Origin: a virus
Lineage: Duplodnaviria; Caudoviricetes
DNA: 64,000 nt
Virus record (IMG/VR): IMGVR_UViG_3300011164_000019
Coordinates: 1 to 64,000 of that record
Strand: one strand, 5' to 3'
How positions within the stretch are numbered: position 1 is the first letter of the stretch; the number at the start of each line of letters is the position of its first letter. The position numbers and the translations under genes were made by a program. The notes under the pieces are model-generated. The model saw nothing but the letters and a program-made list of their open reading frames with translations. It was not told the DNA's origin and made no database searches. Shown here piece after piece: positions 37,398-48,700 of this stretch.

Positions 37398-38027
37398 ATG
37401 AGTTCAACACTGATTCCCTTGTCTGCCCTGACTGATGCACGCCTAACTGGATCTGGCGTCTTCGATGTGCTGATGAAAGCCAGCCGGGCACACCTGGATG
37501 AGGAGTTCTCCCGCAACCGGATCAAGGGCGCGGAGTACGCTCAGGTCTACCTGGGTTCGTTGACCGAGGTCCTGCAGGCATCCGTCCAGTTCCTGTTGCA
37601 GAAGGACAAGACGGATGCCGAGGTACGTCTGATCAACCAGCAGATCCTCAATGCCGAGGTGGAAAATCGCGTCCTGGAAGCACAGGTGTGCAAGCTCAAG
37701 GCAGAGTTTGATCTGTTGCAGGAGCAGCGACTGAAAACCACGGAAGAGACGGGTCTTCTGGCTCAGAAGAAGATCACCGAGAAGGCGCAGACCGTGGGTG
37801 CCGGTGTCGATGAGGACAGCGTGGTTGGCCGTCAGAAGATGCTTTACCGGGCACAGACTGATGGCTTCAAGCGTGATGCCGAACAGAAGGCAGCCAAGCT
37901 CCTGGCGGACACCTGGAACGTACGACGTACCACGGACGAAGGCACGGTAGCCGACTCGACCAACATGCTGAACGACGCGACCATTGGTCGAGCAATCTCC
38001 AAGCTGTTGGCGGGTGTAGGGGCCTGA
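37398..38027 (+). CDS. Virion structural protein (N4 gp54-like)
   Basis: [22 protein letters not shown]. Confidence 0.75.
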   Translation: MSSTLIPLSALTDARLTGSGVFDVLMKASRAHLDEEFSRNRIKGAEYAQVYLGSLTEVLQASVQFLLQKDKTDAEVRLINQQILNAEVENRVLEAQVCKLKAEFDLLQEQRLKTTEETGLLAQKKITEKAQTVGAGVDEDSVVGRQKMLYRAQTDGFKRDAEQKAAKLLADTWNVRRTTDEGTVADSTNMLNDATIGRAISKLLAGVGA

Positions 38028-38047
38028 TCCAGGTCAGTGAGTCGAAC

Positions 38048-38075
38048 AGGGAGCCTTCATGGCTCCCTTTTCTTT
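38048..38075 (+). terminator. Intrinsic terminator
   Basis: GGGAGCC-ttcat-GGCTCCC-TTTTCTTT. Confidence 0.8.
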
Positions 38076-38085
38076 AGGGGGTAGG

Positions 38086-40308
38086 ATGGGACTGTTCAGT
38101 AGCAAGAAGAAAACCAAGGTACACACCGAGGTGCAGCGAATGGTTGAAGACAGCCAGCTGCCTGAGTCTGCCAAGTCGGCGGTAATCGAGTACATCCTCA
38201 AGGATGGCGACAAGATCTCCAACTTCCTGCTGAACAAGATGGTAGACAGTGTGGCCGTCCGTGCTGAGCGTATGTATGCCTTTGCCAAGAAAGGCAAGTA
38301 CTACTATGGCTTACCGATAGCGACGGGCATCTCCCCGATTCAGGGGCAGACTGCTGTGATTCAGACACTGACCAATCTGCACGGGCAGACAGTCTCTACC
38401 GACTACTACCGGTTCGGTCCACTCAACAGTATCCACGTTGGTTGGCAGGCCCTGGTCGAGGAGCATGGGTACTCGGTCGATCGCAACGAGATCACTCGCC
38501 TGACGATTGAGCTAGGTACACCTGTGTACCTGGAGGACATGGTGGCGGTGTATACCCCAGCGACTGTTGAGAGTGCCGACGCAGGGACCTTGGACGTATG
38601 GGGTATTTCTCCGAAGGCAGGCTACACGCCGGAACGTCCTGCCATGGGATACGGGGGCATCAACGCGCTGGTAAGTCCCACGCCATACGAAGTGGATGAG
38701 AATACTGCTCAGGATTACGTGCGGGTGCATTACGTCTACACGCTGCTAGGCGAACTGCAGCGAGGTACGTTCAATATCCCGGTCATTGATTCCCACCCTG
38801 ATGAAGATGGCGATTACCACCATGTCAGGTATCGCGTGGGTGGTCAGGTCAAGTACTGGCGCTACCTGCAAGGCTCCGGAACCTATCCGGCTATCGACAC
38901 CATCTACAACACCGACTTCTCAGAAATGGGTACCTACTTTCCATGGATCTACTATCGCCATGACAAGCAGAACCGTGTCAGCGATAGGTATCAAGGCACC
39001 GAAGCGTTCAACTCTTCAGTGAAGCTGGCGAAGTTCATTGGGGTGGATTATCAGGCCTTCGGCGAAGCCATCCATGAGAATCCTGGTATCGACGATATCG
39101 AACAGGCCATGACCATCATGGCGGTGGCTGCGAACAGTTCGGACGAGATCGACTGCAAGTACCTGTATGAGTACTTCGGCTTGTTGTACACCAGCAGCGG
39201 GGGTGCCTCTCAAGCGAGCCTGAACACACTGATGAACTGGCGTGGATACGACAATTCAAACGGCAGAACCATCAGTCTCCGTGATCGTGAGTTCCACCTG
39301 GTGTTGCAGATCGGGGGAATCACCCGTACACGTTACGCAGGCACCGTTGCCAAGGTGGGGGGCTATTCCGGTGGACTTGGCGACGGATACCACATCTACC
39401 GCAAACAGGTAGCCCGAGGGTTCTATGATGAGATCCGGGTCTATGACCTGGAGACCACCTACAACATCTGGGGCGGTAAGGCGACTTCAGGTAAAGGCGA
39501 ATCAGGCAATCTGCTGGTGCCTCTGGATCGATCCATTGCCAGTCAGTTCTCGCTTCCAGAGCGGGAGGTGCTGTACACCCGGTCGCTGCACAACATCTTC
39601 AACACCCGTGTAACCACGAAGACAAAGTGGTATCAGAGCGGATGGTTCAAGTGGGTGATGGTCATCGTCGCAATCGTTCTGACGATCGTCTATCCACCTG
39701 GGGGTGCTGCCTTGTGGGCTTCGATCGCAGCCATGGGTACGGTGTATCTGGCCATGGCCGTCATCGCCACAATCGTGATCCAATTTGCGATCTCTGCTGC
39801 TGTTCAGCTGTTCGCTGAAGCAGTAGGTGCTGAATGGGCCATGGTAGTCGCCGTGGTGCTGGTGGCCTATGGTGGCTATCAGGTCCTCAGCAAGGCAGGC
39901 ACCGTGTCGGTGGAGGCAGTAAAGTCAGCCACAGCCAACATGTTCGTGAAGATGGGCACCAGCATCGGCAAAGCTGCCATGAGTGTTCACCAGCAAGGAC
40001 AGATTCAGGAGTACAACAACGAGCTGCAGCAGTTTGAACTGTTCAAGGAAACCCAGATCGCTGAGCTTGAAGAAATTCGCAGGATGCTGGATACCAAGAG
40101 CCTGATTGACCCGTTTGAGTTTGTTGCTGAAACGCCGATGATTGTCTGGGGCGAATCGCCGCAGGACCTGTATGGGCGAACAGTTCATTCCGGAAACATA
40201 GGCGTGCTGACGTTGGATGTACCAGGGTCCTACGTGTCTAACTCGCTGGCTCTACCGACCTTCCAGCACACCGCAATGGAATGGACTGATCAAGAGGCCT
40301 ATACCTGA
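38086..40308 (+). CDS. Virion/tail protein (N4 gp53-like) with C-terminal hydrophobic segments
   Basis: MGLFSSKKK start; TKWYQSGWF followed by hydrophobic helices. Confidence 0.75.
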   Translation: MGLFSSKKKTKVHTEVQRMVEDSQLPESAKSAVIEYILKDGDKISNFLLNKMVDSVAVRAERMYAFAKKGKYYYGLPIATGISPIQGQTAVIQTLTNLHGQTVSTDYYRFGPLNSIHVGWQALVEEHGYSVDRNEITRLTIELGTPVYLEDMVAVYTPATVESADAGTLDVWGISPKAGYTPERPAMGYGGINALVSPTPYEVDENTAQDYVRVHYVYTLLGELQRGTFNIPVIDSHPDEDGDYHHVRYRVGGQVKYWRYLQGSGTYPAIDTIYNTDFSEMGTYFPWIYYRHDKQNRVSDRYQGTEAFNSSVKLAKFIGVDYQAFGEAIHENPGIDDIEQAMTIMAVAANSSDEIDCKYLYEYFGLLYTSSGGASQASLNTLMNWRGYDNSNGRTISLRDREFHLVLQIGGITRTRYAGTVAKVGGYSGGLGDGYHIYRKQVARGFYDEIRVYDLETTYNIWGGKATSGKGESGNLLVPLDRSIASQFSLPEREVLYTRSLHNIFNTRVTTKTKWYQSGWFKWVMVIVAIVLTIVYPPGGAALWASIAAMGTVYLAMAVIATIVIQFAISAAVQLFAEAVGAEWAMVVAVVLVAYGGYQVLSKAGTVSVEAVKSATANMFVKMGTSIGKAAMSVHQQGQIQEYNNELQQFELFKETQIAELEEIRRMLDTKSLIDPFEFVAETPMIVWGESPQDLYGRTVHSGNIGVLTLDVPGSYVSNSLALPTFQHTAMEWTDQEAYT

Positions 40309-40373
40309 GTGGGTATGGCGAAATAATGGCACTCAGGTAGGATGCCCATCCTGAGCGCCAAGGAGATGACAGC

Positions 40374-40814
40374 ATGCGAATTATTACGTTGATGGTGGGT
40401 GTGGTGGTACTGACGGGATGTGCATCCCAGCCAGCCCCAGTTATGGACGCCCAGCGGTACACGACATTTGCACAAGGGTGGGTAGGGCTGAACCGCTGCA
40501 TCGAATCGGGCGTTATGGACCCGTCAACAGGTGCGTTGGGCAAACAGTACTTGCAGGTTGAGTTAGGTGAGTACACCTATGACGCCAACCAACTGAATCA
40601 GGAAATCAAGCGAATCGCTGCGGCTGCCCCTGTAGTTCCTGCGTCGGTATGTAACCAGATAGCAGCGGGAGTAATGACGGAAAAGAACAAAATCGATGCT
40701 CACAATGCAGGTGTTCAACGAAGTGAGCGAGTGTTACAGAACACTCTCAATCAGATAAATAACTCCAGACCAATCTATTGCAACACGGTGGGTGGAGTAA
40801 CTATGTGCAATTGA
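40374..40814 (+). CDS. Lipoprotein inserted in the structural module
   Basis: Signal peptide with lipobox LTGC (Cys16); SD CAAGGAG. Confidence 0.8.
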   Translation: MRIITLMVGVVVLTGCASQPAPVMDAQRYTTFAQGWVGLNRCIESGVMDPSTGALGKQYLQVELGEYTYDANQLNQEIKRIAAAAPVVPASVCNQIAAGVMTEKNKIDAHNAGVQRSERVLQNTLNQINNSRPIYCNTVGGVTMCN

Positions 40815-40836
40815 TTTGATAGTGATGGGAACAATC

Positions 40837-40864
40837 AAAGGCTCCTTCGGGAGCCTTTCTTTTT
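40837..40864. terminator. Intrinsic terminator after lipoprotein
   Basis: AAAGGCTCC-ttcg-GGAGCCTTT-CTTTTT. Confidence 0.85.
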
Positions 40865-40924
40865 GGTCACGTCCATAATTATCTCTACACTACTCGGCGA
40901 TTCATTCCCAATTGGAGTCAGAAG

Positions 40925-41407
40925 ATGCCGGGATTTGTAGATAACATTACTGGTGCTTTGCGGAGCATCGGTCAACCTCAAACAAACTTCGCTCAAGCAG
41001 GAGGGTATTCGCCTGCTGTGTATCAAAGTCCTTATGCAGGGCTGGACGCTGCTCTAGGAAACCCATCGGTTGCCTCTGCAGCCACTACTCCTGTAGCAGG
41101 AGTCACCGATCCGACTTTCATGCAGTCTTTGTTGGGTTACACCAACCAGAACGGTATGCAACAACAAGGCTGGGGAAGTTTGGCCTTGGGTGCAGCTCAG
41201 GGACTGGGCAATGCCTGGATGGGCATGAAGCAGTATGGGTTGGCCAAGGACTCTCTCAAAGAGAACAAGCGCCAGTTCAATATCAACTATGAAGCACAAC
41301 GGAAGTTGACGAACTCCCAACTGGAAGATCGTCAGCGTGCGCGTGTGGCTGCCAATCCAGGTGCTTACCAGTCGGTAGGCGACTACATGAACAAGAACGG
41401 GATCTAA
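40925..41407 (+). CDS. Internal virion protein (N4 gp52-like)
   Basis: QYGLAK...KRQFNINY...TNSQLEDRQRAR. Confidence 0.75.
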   Translation: MPGFVDNITGALRSIGQPQTNFAQAGGYSPAVYQSPYAGLDAALGNPSVASAATTPVAGVTDPTFMQSLLGYTNQNGMQQQGWGSLALGAAQGLGNAWMGMKQYGLAKDSLKENKRQFNINYEAQRKLTNSQLEDRQRARVAANPGAYQSVGDYMNKNGI

Positions 41408-41410
41408 ACC

Positions 41411-42760
41411 ATGGCGATCACTTGGCGCAACATCGATGCCCCCCACGTCGGGGGTGCAGCGAGCCTGTTTCATCAGGCGGGGCAATCCCTGAACAACGGC
41501 TTCCAGGGACTGCAGGATGTACTCAAACAGTACCAGGGCCAGGAGAAAGCCAACTGGGACGCCGGCAAAGAGCAGAACACTCAGGCTTTCCTGGATCGAT
41601 TGAGCCAGGCCAAGACCCCTGAAGAAATGGCTGCGTTGCAGGCATCCGGTGAACTGGATCGCCTGAAGGCTGGTTTCGGTGCCCAGGTCGATCGCACGGC
41701 AGTACGGAATGCCCTGGATACCCGTGGTGATTTCCTGCGCCAGCAGGCCACCAACAAGATGGTCTACGACAACCAGGCTCAGGACAACGCGGATGCTCCG
41801 ATCCGGGATCGCTTCCTGGCTGAAGCTCGGCAGATCGACGTATCCGATCCCAAGCAGGTGGAGAGCAAGCTGAATCTGCTGGAGCAAAGGCTGGCAGATT
41901 CTGGCCTCAGCGCCCGTGGACAAGCGGCTGTAGCTCAAGGGCTGGTGGATATCCGCAAGTCGCTGTTCGGTGACTACAAGACCACTCAGGACATGGCCAA
42001 CGACAAGACCCGTCTGGGCCTTGAGGCGACTCGCACCAACACCCAGGTGGCTGAGGCAGGTCAGCGGATGAAGTTCGCTCGGGACAACCAGGAGTATGTC
42101 CTGCAGGAACGAGCTGCCAATGCTTTGGCCTCGCAGGCTCTCGAAGGTGCGCCCGATCTTGCGACTGCCCGTCAAAAGTACCTGGCCAGCTCGGGAGATC
42201 TTCCAGCAGAACTGCGGAACAAAGGACTGAGTTCTCTTGGAACGTTGTATACCCAAGCTACGGGTATTACTCCGGAACAGGACGAAGAGATTCAGCGAAT
42301 GCTTTCTCCGTTTGATGCCGAGGTCAAAGTTGCTCAGGAGTACGTCAACAGCAAGCCGACATTTGCTCAGGCAGAACAGGATAAAGTAACGGAAGGTGTG
42401 GCTATAAGTGAGGCAGCGAAACTTGCCAAGGACGATCAAGCAGGAGCAGCAGAGGACATTCGAGGAAAAGTTTCAGAGTTTCGTAAGAAGCGGGGATTGA
42501 AAGAAGATGTGAACTTGGGGGCTGTACTTCAAGAAAGTTTGCGTCGTATTGGGGTGTATGATCCATGGGGTCCTGGGGAACATGCACTAGATACCGATGC
42601 GCTTCCTGATATCATGGACCAAGTTTATAACGACTTCGTAACTTATCAGGGATATCAGGAAAAGTTGCGTGTTGCTGAACAAAACAAGTCAGCTGCACAA
42701 CAGGAACTGATGGGTCGTTACAAGATCCGCAACGCATTCAACTTCTCTCCTCCCAAGTAA
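41411..42760 (+). CDS. Internal virion protein (N4 gp51-like)
   Basis: MAITWRNI start; precedes vRNAP. Confidence 0.7.
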   Translation: MAITWRNIDAPHVGGAASLFHQAGQSLNNGFQGLQDVLKQYQGQEKANWDAGKEQNTQAFLDRLSQAKTPEEMAALQASGELDRLKAGFGAQVDRTAVRNALDTRGDFLRQQATNKMVYDNQAQDNADAPIRDRFLAEARQIDVSDPKQVESKLNLLEQRLADSGLSARGQAAVAQGLVDIRKSLFGDYKTTQDMANDKTRLGLEATRTNTQVAEAGQRMKFARDNQEYVLQERAANALASQALEGAPDLATARQKYLASSGDLPAELRNKGLSSLGTLYTQATGITPEQDEEIQRMLSPFDAEVKVAQEYVNSKPTFAQAEQDKVTEGVAISEAAKLAKDDQAGAAEDIRGKVSEFRKKRGLKEDVNLGAVLQESLRRIGVYDPWGPGEHALDTDALPDIMDQVYNDFVTYQGYQEKLRVAEQNKSAAQQELMGRYKIRNAFNFSPPK

Positions 42761-42772
42761 CTAGGACTCGCA

Positions 42773-45700
42773 ATGGCCCAACTTCCTGAGCTTCCTGAAG
42801 ATATTCGTGGCATCGATCTGACGGATATCAAAAAGAACCAACTGGCTCAGGCCAGTGAATTCAAGCGTCAACTACTGGAGGCCAGGAAGCCTCAGGGAGT
42901 CCAACCGGATTCCCTTCTGAGTCAGCACGAGCAACGTGTAGCCGGTATGCAGGCAGAGAATGCCGAGTACATGGCCAAGCGTGCTCAGAAGCAGGAAGCC
43001 TTCGACAACAGCTGGGTCGGTCGTAGTGGTGTTGATCCAGACAGTTTCACTGCAGGTGTGATTGATGGTGGGGCCATGCTGACAGCAGGTGCCGGCTACT
43101 TGGCCGGTACTGTGCTGACTGCTGCTCCAAACACCCTGGCTGCCATTCAGGAGCTGGGCACCAGCGACGACGTGAAAGCAGCCTACACCCGGTTCAAGCA
43201 GGGTCAGGCCAGCGAAGCGGATATCGCGTTGCTGAACGAGAAGCAGGACCTGTTCACCACCAACCAGGAAGGGCTGGAGCGTGCCGATCACCTGCGCGAA
43301 GGCACTCGCGGGATCATGGACCTGTTCGACTGGAAGGGTGCGATCGATGCGCCTCAGCGTGAGCCTCTGCGCGAGGAGTTCGCCGAGGAAGCAGGTCCTG
43401 CTGTCGATCGACTGGCTCAGGCCTGGGAGCAGGTCAAGGAAGGCGAGTACACCGAAGCAGCCAAAGGCGCTGGCTGGGCACTCCCCAAGGTGGCTTACGA
43501 GATCGCCGAGAATGCGGTCCAGCATCCGGTCGGTGCAGTGACTCATGCGCTGGAGAACGCTCCACAGCTGGCAGCTGGTGTGGCAGGCAAGCTGCCGATG
43601 GCTGTATCTAACGCAGGCTATGCCCTGGATGAAGTCCGTCAGGGCATGGACAATTACGAGCAGGACAATGACGGTGCTCGCCCAACAGGCGGTGAGTTCC
43701 GCGAAATGCTGCTGCGTGCCGGTAGCCTGGCAGCTGCCGAGCACATTGCCGATACCCAGGTACTCAAGACCCTGACCTCCCCGGTGACCAAGACCGCCCA
43801 AGTTCTGCCGGAGAAGGCAGTTGGTGCATTGGCCAAGCCGGCGAAGGCTGCTGGCACGGTACTGGGTACAGGTGCAACCGAAGCGGTGACCGAAGCCTTT
43901 CAGACGTATCAGGAAGGTGAGATCAAGAACCGTGAAGCCTCGCCCATGGACATTGCCGAAGGTGCTCTGCTGGGTTTTGCAGCCGGTGGTGCTACGGCTG
44001 CTGCATCCAAGGCGCCAGCAGATCTGTTGGGCAGTACGGGTGAGAAGAAGGAACCGGAAGTCGAGAAGGCCAGTGAGACCGGCAACGTGTCCTCGCTGTT
44101 GCAACCGGGCGCCTACGCACCGGAGAAAGCAGCCAAGGCTCTGGCAGAACACAGCCTGAAGAACGAGGACGCTCAGGTCCGTCAGGACAACCTGACCAAG
44201 CTGGGTGAGATCCGTTCTGCCCTGGAAGATGAAGCCAAGGCTGAAGCCATGGTCGAGCGTATCCAGCAGCGCATGGAATCCGCTCCTCAGGAGCAACAGC
44301 CTCAACTGGAGGCTTTGCTGGCTCAGGCCACCGAGTCGCTGACTGCCCGTCGTGCTGCACTGGGTCTGCAGGATGTACCGGCTGCCGAGCGTAAAGAAGC
44401 ACTGGCCAAGCAGCTGGATCAGGTGAAGCAGGCAGAGGACTCGATAACCCAGCTGATGGAACCGGAGAAGCAGGATCTGTCCTCGCAGATCGAGCTGGCC
44501 GATACCGTACTCGAGAACGTCACCCCTGAAGTCCAGCAGACTGCCCGTAAGGCAGCCGAGCGTGTGGTCTCTCTGGCCATGGAATCGCCAGAAGCCCTGG
44601 ATGTGGAGGTGGCTACTCGCCTGGCCAGCAACATGGCCAACAGCCTCACCGAGCCTGAGCGTGTCGTGCTGCGTACCTTCGCCAAGGCCAAGGCACTGGC
44701 TCACCAGGTCAAAGGCCTGGAAGGCGTCAGCAGCGATATCTTCAACGGCAATCCGAAGGAAGGGTACAAGGGCCTCAACGAGTACAGCAGCAACGTGCGT
44801 CGTGCTCTGGCCTACAAGACTCCTGATCTGGAAGCCGCTCAGCACGAGATCGATGGCCTGGCCAAGTTCGTGGAGTCGCGCAAGGCCAAGCTGGCTGTGG
44901 CTCAGAAAGCCTTCGATGAAGTGGCCGGTACTCGGGATGACGGACAGCAGTGGCTACCTACCAGGTCCGGGACCTGGGTGCCTGCTGATCGCAAGTACAG
45001 CTACGACGAGATGTACGCGATGGGTGGTATGACCATCCACGGTGGATCTGGGAACCTGGTGGCCAATATCGCTCAGGAAACCGAAGCCCTGGAAGCCAGC
45101 CTGCAATCGCTGCAGGCACTGTACGCCATGAAGTCGGCTGCACCGGTACAAACAGCCGTGAATCAGCCGGAGGCTGCTGCACCTCAGGCCGTTGAGCCTG
45201 TTGAACAGAAGGCTCCAGTCCAGACACCGGAGCAGGAAGCCGGCATTGCCGAAGATGCCCCGGAAGCGGTGAAGTACCGCAAGACGAACAACCTCAAGCG
45301 TCTGTTCTCTCAGCAGCCAGGTAACCCGACAACCGGAACTCAGCGTCCGCTGGTGGCCACCGAGAACTTCCTGACCAAGCTCAGCCAGGGCGAAGTGAAC
45401 ACCCTGGATTACGTGCAGCAGGAAGACCTGAGCGAAGAGCAGCTGGGGCTGCCGAGTGCGTTCATCCGTACGGCCAAGGCCTGGATGCCGACCATCGAAG
45501 GCAACTTCTTCAAGCGGACCACTCAGGCCGGTCACAAGACCGACGCACGGGATCACTACTACAACGACTACACCCAGTACCTGCAGGATGAGCAGGGGCA
45601 GGTGGCTGAGAACGTGAAGACCGCCATTGCGGCTGCTGCGTTTGCTCATGTGGCTGACAACGGCGGTCAGACGCTGAACGACAACACCACCATCAACAAG

Positions 45701-48700
45701 ATCCTGGGCAAGGACAAGGATGCCTCGATCACCCCGGCAGCCAACCAGAAGCTGCGCAAGATCGGCACGCTGCGCAGTGCCCTGATCAACTCGCTGGGTC
45801 AGGCCGTGGTGCAGTCGCTGGGTTATCAGCTCAAGGGTGATGCCTCGCAGAGCGAGAAGGCCAAGCTGGAAGTGGCCCTGGGTGCTCAGGCACTGGCTCT
45901 GCTGCTGGATCAGGGCATTGTCGAGCAGACCACCCTCACCAAAGGTGAGCTGGATGACCTCAAGGGCGTGGACTTCAATGGCCAGATCAAGGCCATGCGT
46001 GCAGTCGCCAAGACTCAGGCCGATCGGGATGCCATCGACAGGTTGATCGAGTCCCGCAAGAACGAGGTGGCCTTCATTCGCTTCGTGACCAACAAGGACG
46101 GCGCCCTGACTCAGGAAGCTCAGGCGATTCGAGATGCCAGCAAGAATACAGGTAGTCTGTTCACCAAGCTGTTCGGCATCGAGACCGGTCCCCGTGAACC
46201 GAGCTTCAAGCCACTGAAGTACGACCAGAAGACGGCGAACAACTCCACCAAGCCGATCTCCGACAAGGAGCGTGCTGCGTTGGAGAAGGAAGCCAAGGCA
46301 CCCTACATCCTGCAAAAAGACATGTGGGCCGTGCTGGAGAAGATCGCCAACCCGGCGATGATTCTGCAGATGGCAGGCGTGCAGGATGAGGCGCTGGAGA
46401 CTCTGCACAAGACCAACCGTGACGGTGTGACCGCCAAGAACCAGGGCCTGATGCGCGAATGGGAACGTCTGGTGGCGTTCGTGGGCGATCTCAGCCGTCA
46501 GAAGGCTGGCCAGGACACCAAGTTCTACCTGATGCCGAGTGCCTGGAAGAACGATCGTGTGGGCCTGGATTCGGCCATCAACCCGCAAACCAGCAAGATT
46601 CATCGCTTCGTCATTGGCAAGCAGAGTGCCGAGACCGAGGTTCGCTGGACTGACGCCGACCAGTCGATGCTGGACGTATTCAAGCTGCGTGTGGCTGAAG
46701 GTCTGGGCATGAAGACCGACAAGCAGGACAACAAGCGTTCGTTGGCTGCCTACGAAGCCGAGATGCAGAAGCCGGTGTACCAAAATGCAGTGGCTGCCCT
46801 GCGTAAGGCTTTGCTGGATCAGGACCTGACCTCGGGCGAACAGCAGGCGATCGTCGAAGGCGTGAAGGCTGGCGGTGAGAACTTCCATTCGCTGTCCTCG
46901 CTGGTGGCCCAAGCCACCTACGAGAACGCCCGTGAGGCTGGGCAGCAGAAGTTCACCACCATGCTGCTGGCCGAAGTGGACGGCGTGACCAATGGCCCGA
47001 TGCTGGGTCACCTGCTGTTCGGTGCCTTCCATTCGATGCAGGATGCGATGGCTAGACTGAACAAAGGAGGTTTCTTCGAGACCGGTAATGCTTTCGAGCA
47101 ATACAACCTGTGGCGTGCAGCACCCGGTCAGAGTGACCTGTATGAGTCGACTGCCATCGACCTGAACGCGGTGGTGCAGGAGAAGTGGCAGGACAAGAAG
47201 TTGCAGCCTATGTACAGCGCGCTGTTTTACGTCACCGGCAAGCTGGACGACAAAGGGTCACCAACCAAGGCTGGCCGTAATCTGATGAAGCCTCCGGTGA
47301 CCAAGAGTGGTTACGGTGAAGGTCTGGGCAAGACCGTCGAAACCATGGCTGAGGATTTCATTCAGCAGGTCTACGACCACATCCAGGAGATCTCGGCAGG
47401 CAAGTCCAAGCTGGAGCTGCAACCGCTGCTGTCGTCTGTTCGTCTGCTGATCAGCAAGGCCGATGAGAAGGCGGCTGCAGAGTTGGACGTGGATATGCCG
47501 ATCGAGAGGGCGATGGAGTTCACCTTCACGAACCAGCAGTTCAAGGCATTGAAGTCCACCTACCTGAGCACGCTGGGTAGGGATATCACGGCCACCATCA
47601 AGGAAGCCTTTGGTCCGTTCACCGAGCGTCGTCAGGCCTTCAACCAGGCTGCCAACCTGGCATTCGACCTGTACCAGCAGCTGTATCAGTCCAAGCGTCG
47701 TGCCCTGATCGACCAGCTGATCGCCGAAGGCAAGATGGCTACGGACGCCAAGGGTGTTCCGCTGCATGACCTGACCAACAAGCAGGAAGCTGAGCTGCAG
47801 GCTTCGCTGACTGATGTGGCTCCGATCCTGCACACCGCATTCTCCAGTGCCAGCGATCAGCTGCAGGCCGGTATGCGTCTGGCCAAGCGAGACAAAGGCC
47901 TCAGTGATGAGGCCGCCTACCGCAACGAGGTGAAGTTCGGCAAGAAGGGCAAGAAGCCAATGGCTGGTTTGCGTGCCTTCGGCTACAAGACCGGCGAAGT
48001 AGGACCGGGCGTGTCCGGTGCCGTGGGTTCGGTTCACTCGACCGACGCTGCGATCTCGATCAATGCCGGTGCCGAGGTGGATTCGATCAACGTCCACGAT
48101 GCCCGTATCTACGGACTGAAGGATGTGCATGCGGGTGCCCGTAGCCTGAACAAGCAGACCTTCCTGCAGGCGCTGGAATACTCCCCGATGGACCAGATGC
48201 TGGCCACCCTGGAGCGTTCGATCAAAGGCCTGGCGGATGCACTGGCTCAGGAAAACGATGCAACCCTGAACGCTGGCGTGGCTTCGCTGCTGACCAAGAA
48301 AATCGCTTCGCTGAGCGACATTGAATATGACCTTATGGCCGATAGTGGTAAAGGGCTGATCCAATTTCAGCTGGATCGGCTCCGTGCTACCGCACTGGCT
48401 GCCGAATCCATGAAGCTGGAGATCCTGGCCAACCTGCAGGCGGTCGACCAGTACGCTTTCGAAGGTGGTGCCTACCAGGTCACCGAGCAGGATCGTGCAA
48501 AGGCCCAGCAAAAGCTGGAGGAGCGTAAGCAGCGCCCTGATGATGTAGCGGTCACTGAGGCAGCAAAGCAGATCGATGCACTGCTTGGCCAGAAAACTGC
48601 ACAGGCAAAGCTGGCTCCAGTGGTACAGAGCGAACCTACTCTGGTCGATGATGCCGATCTGGGCATTCCTGAGCGTCAGGAAGATCCTGTTGTAACCACC

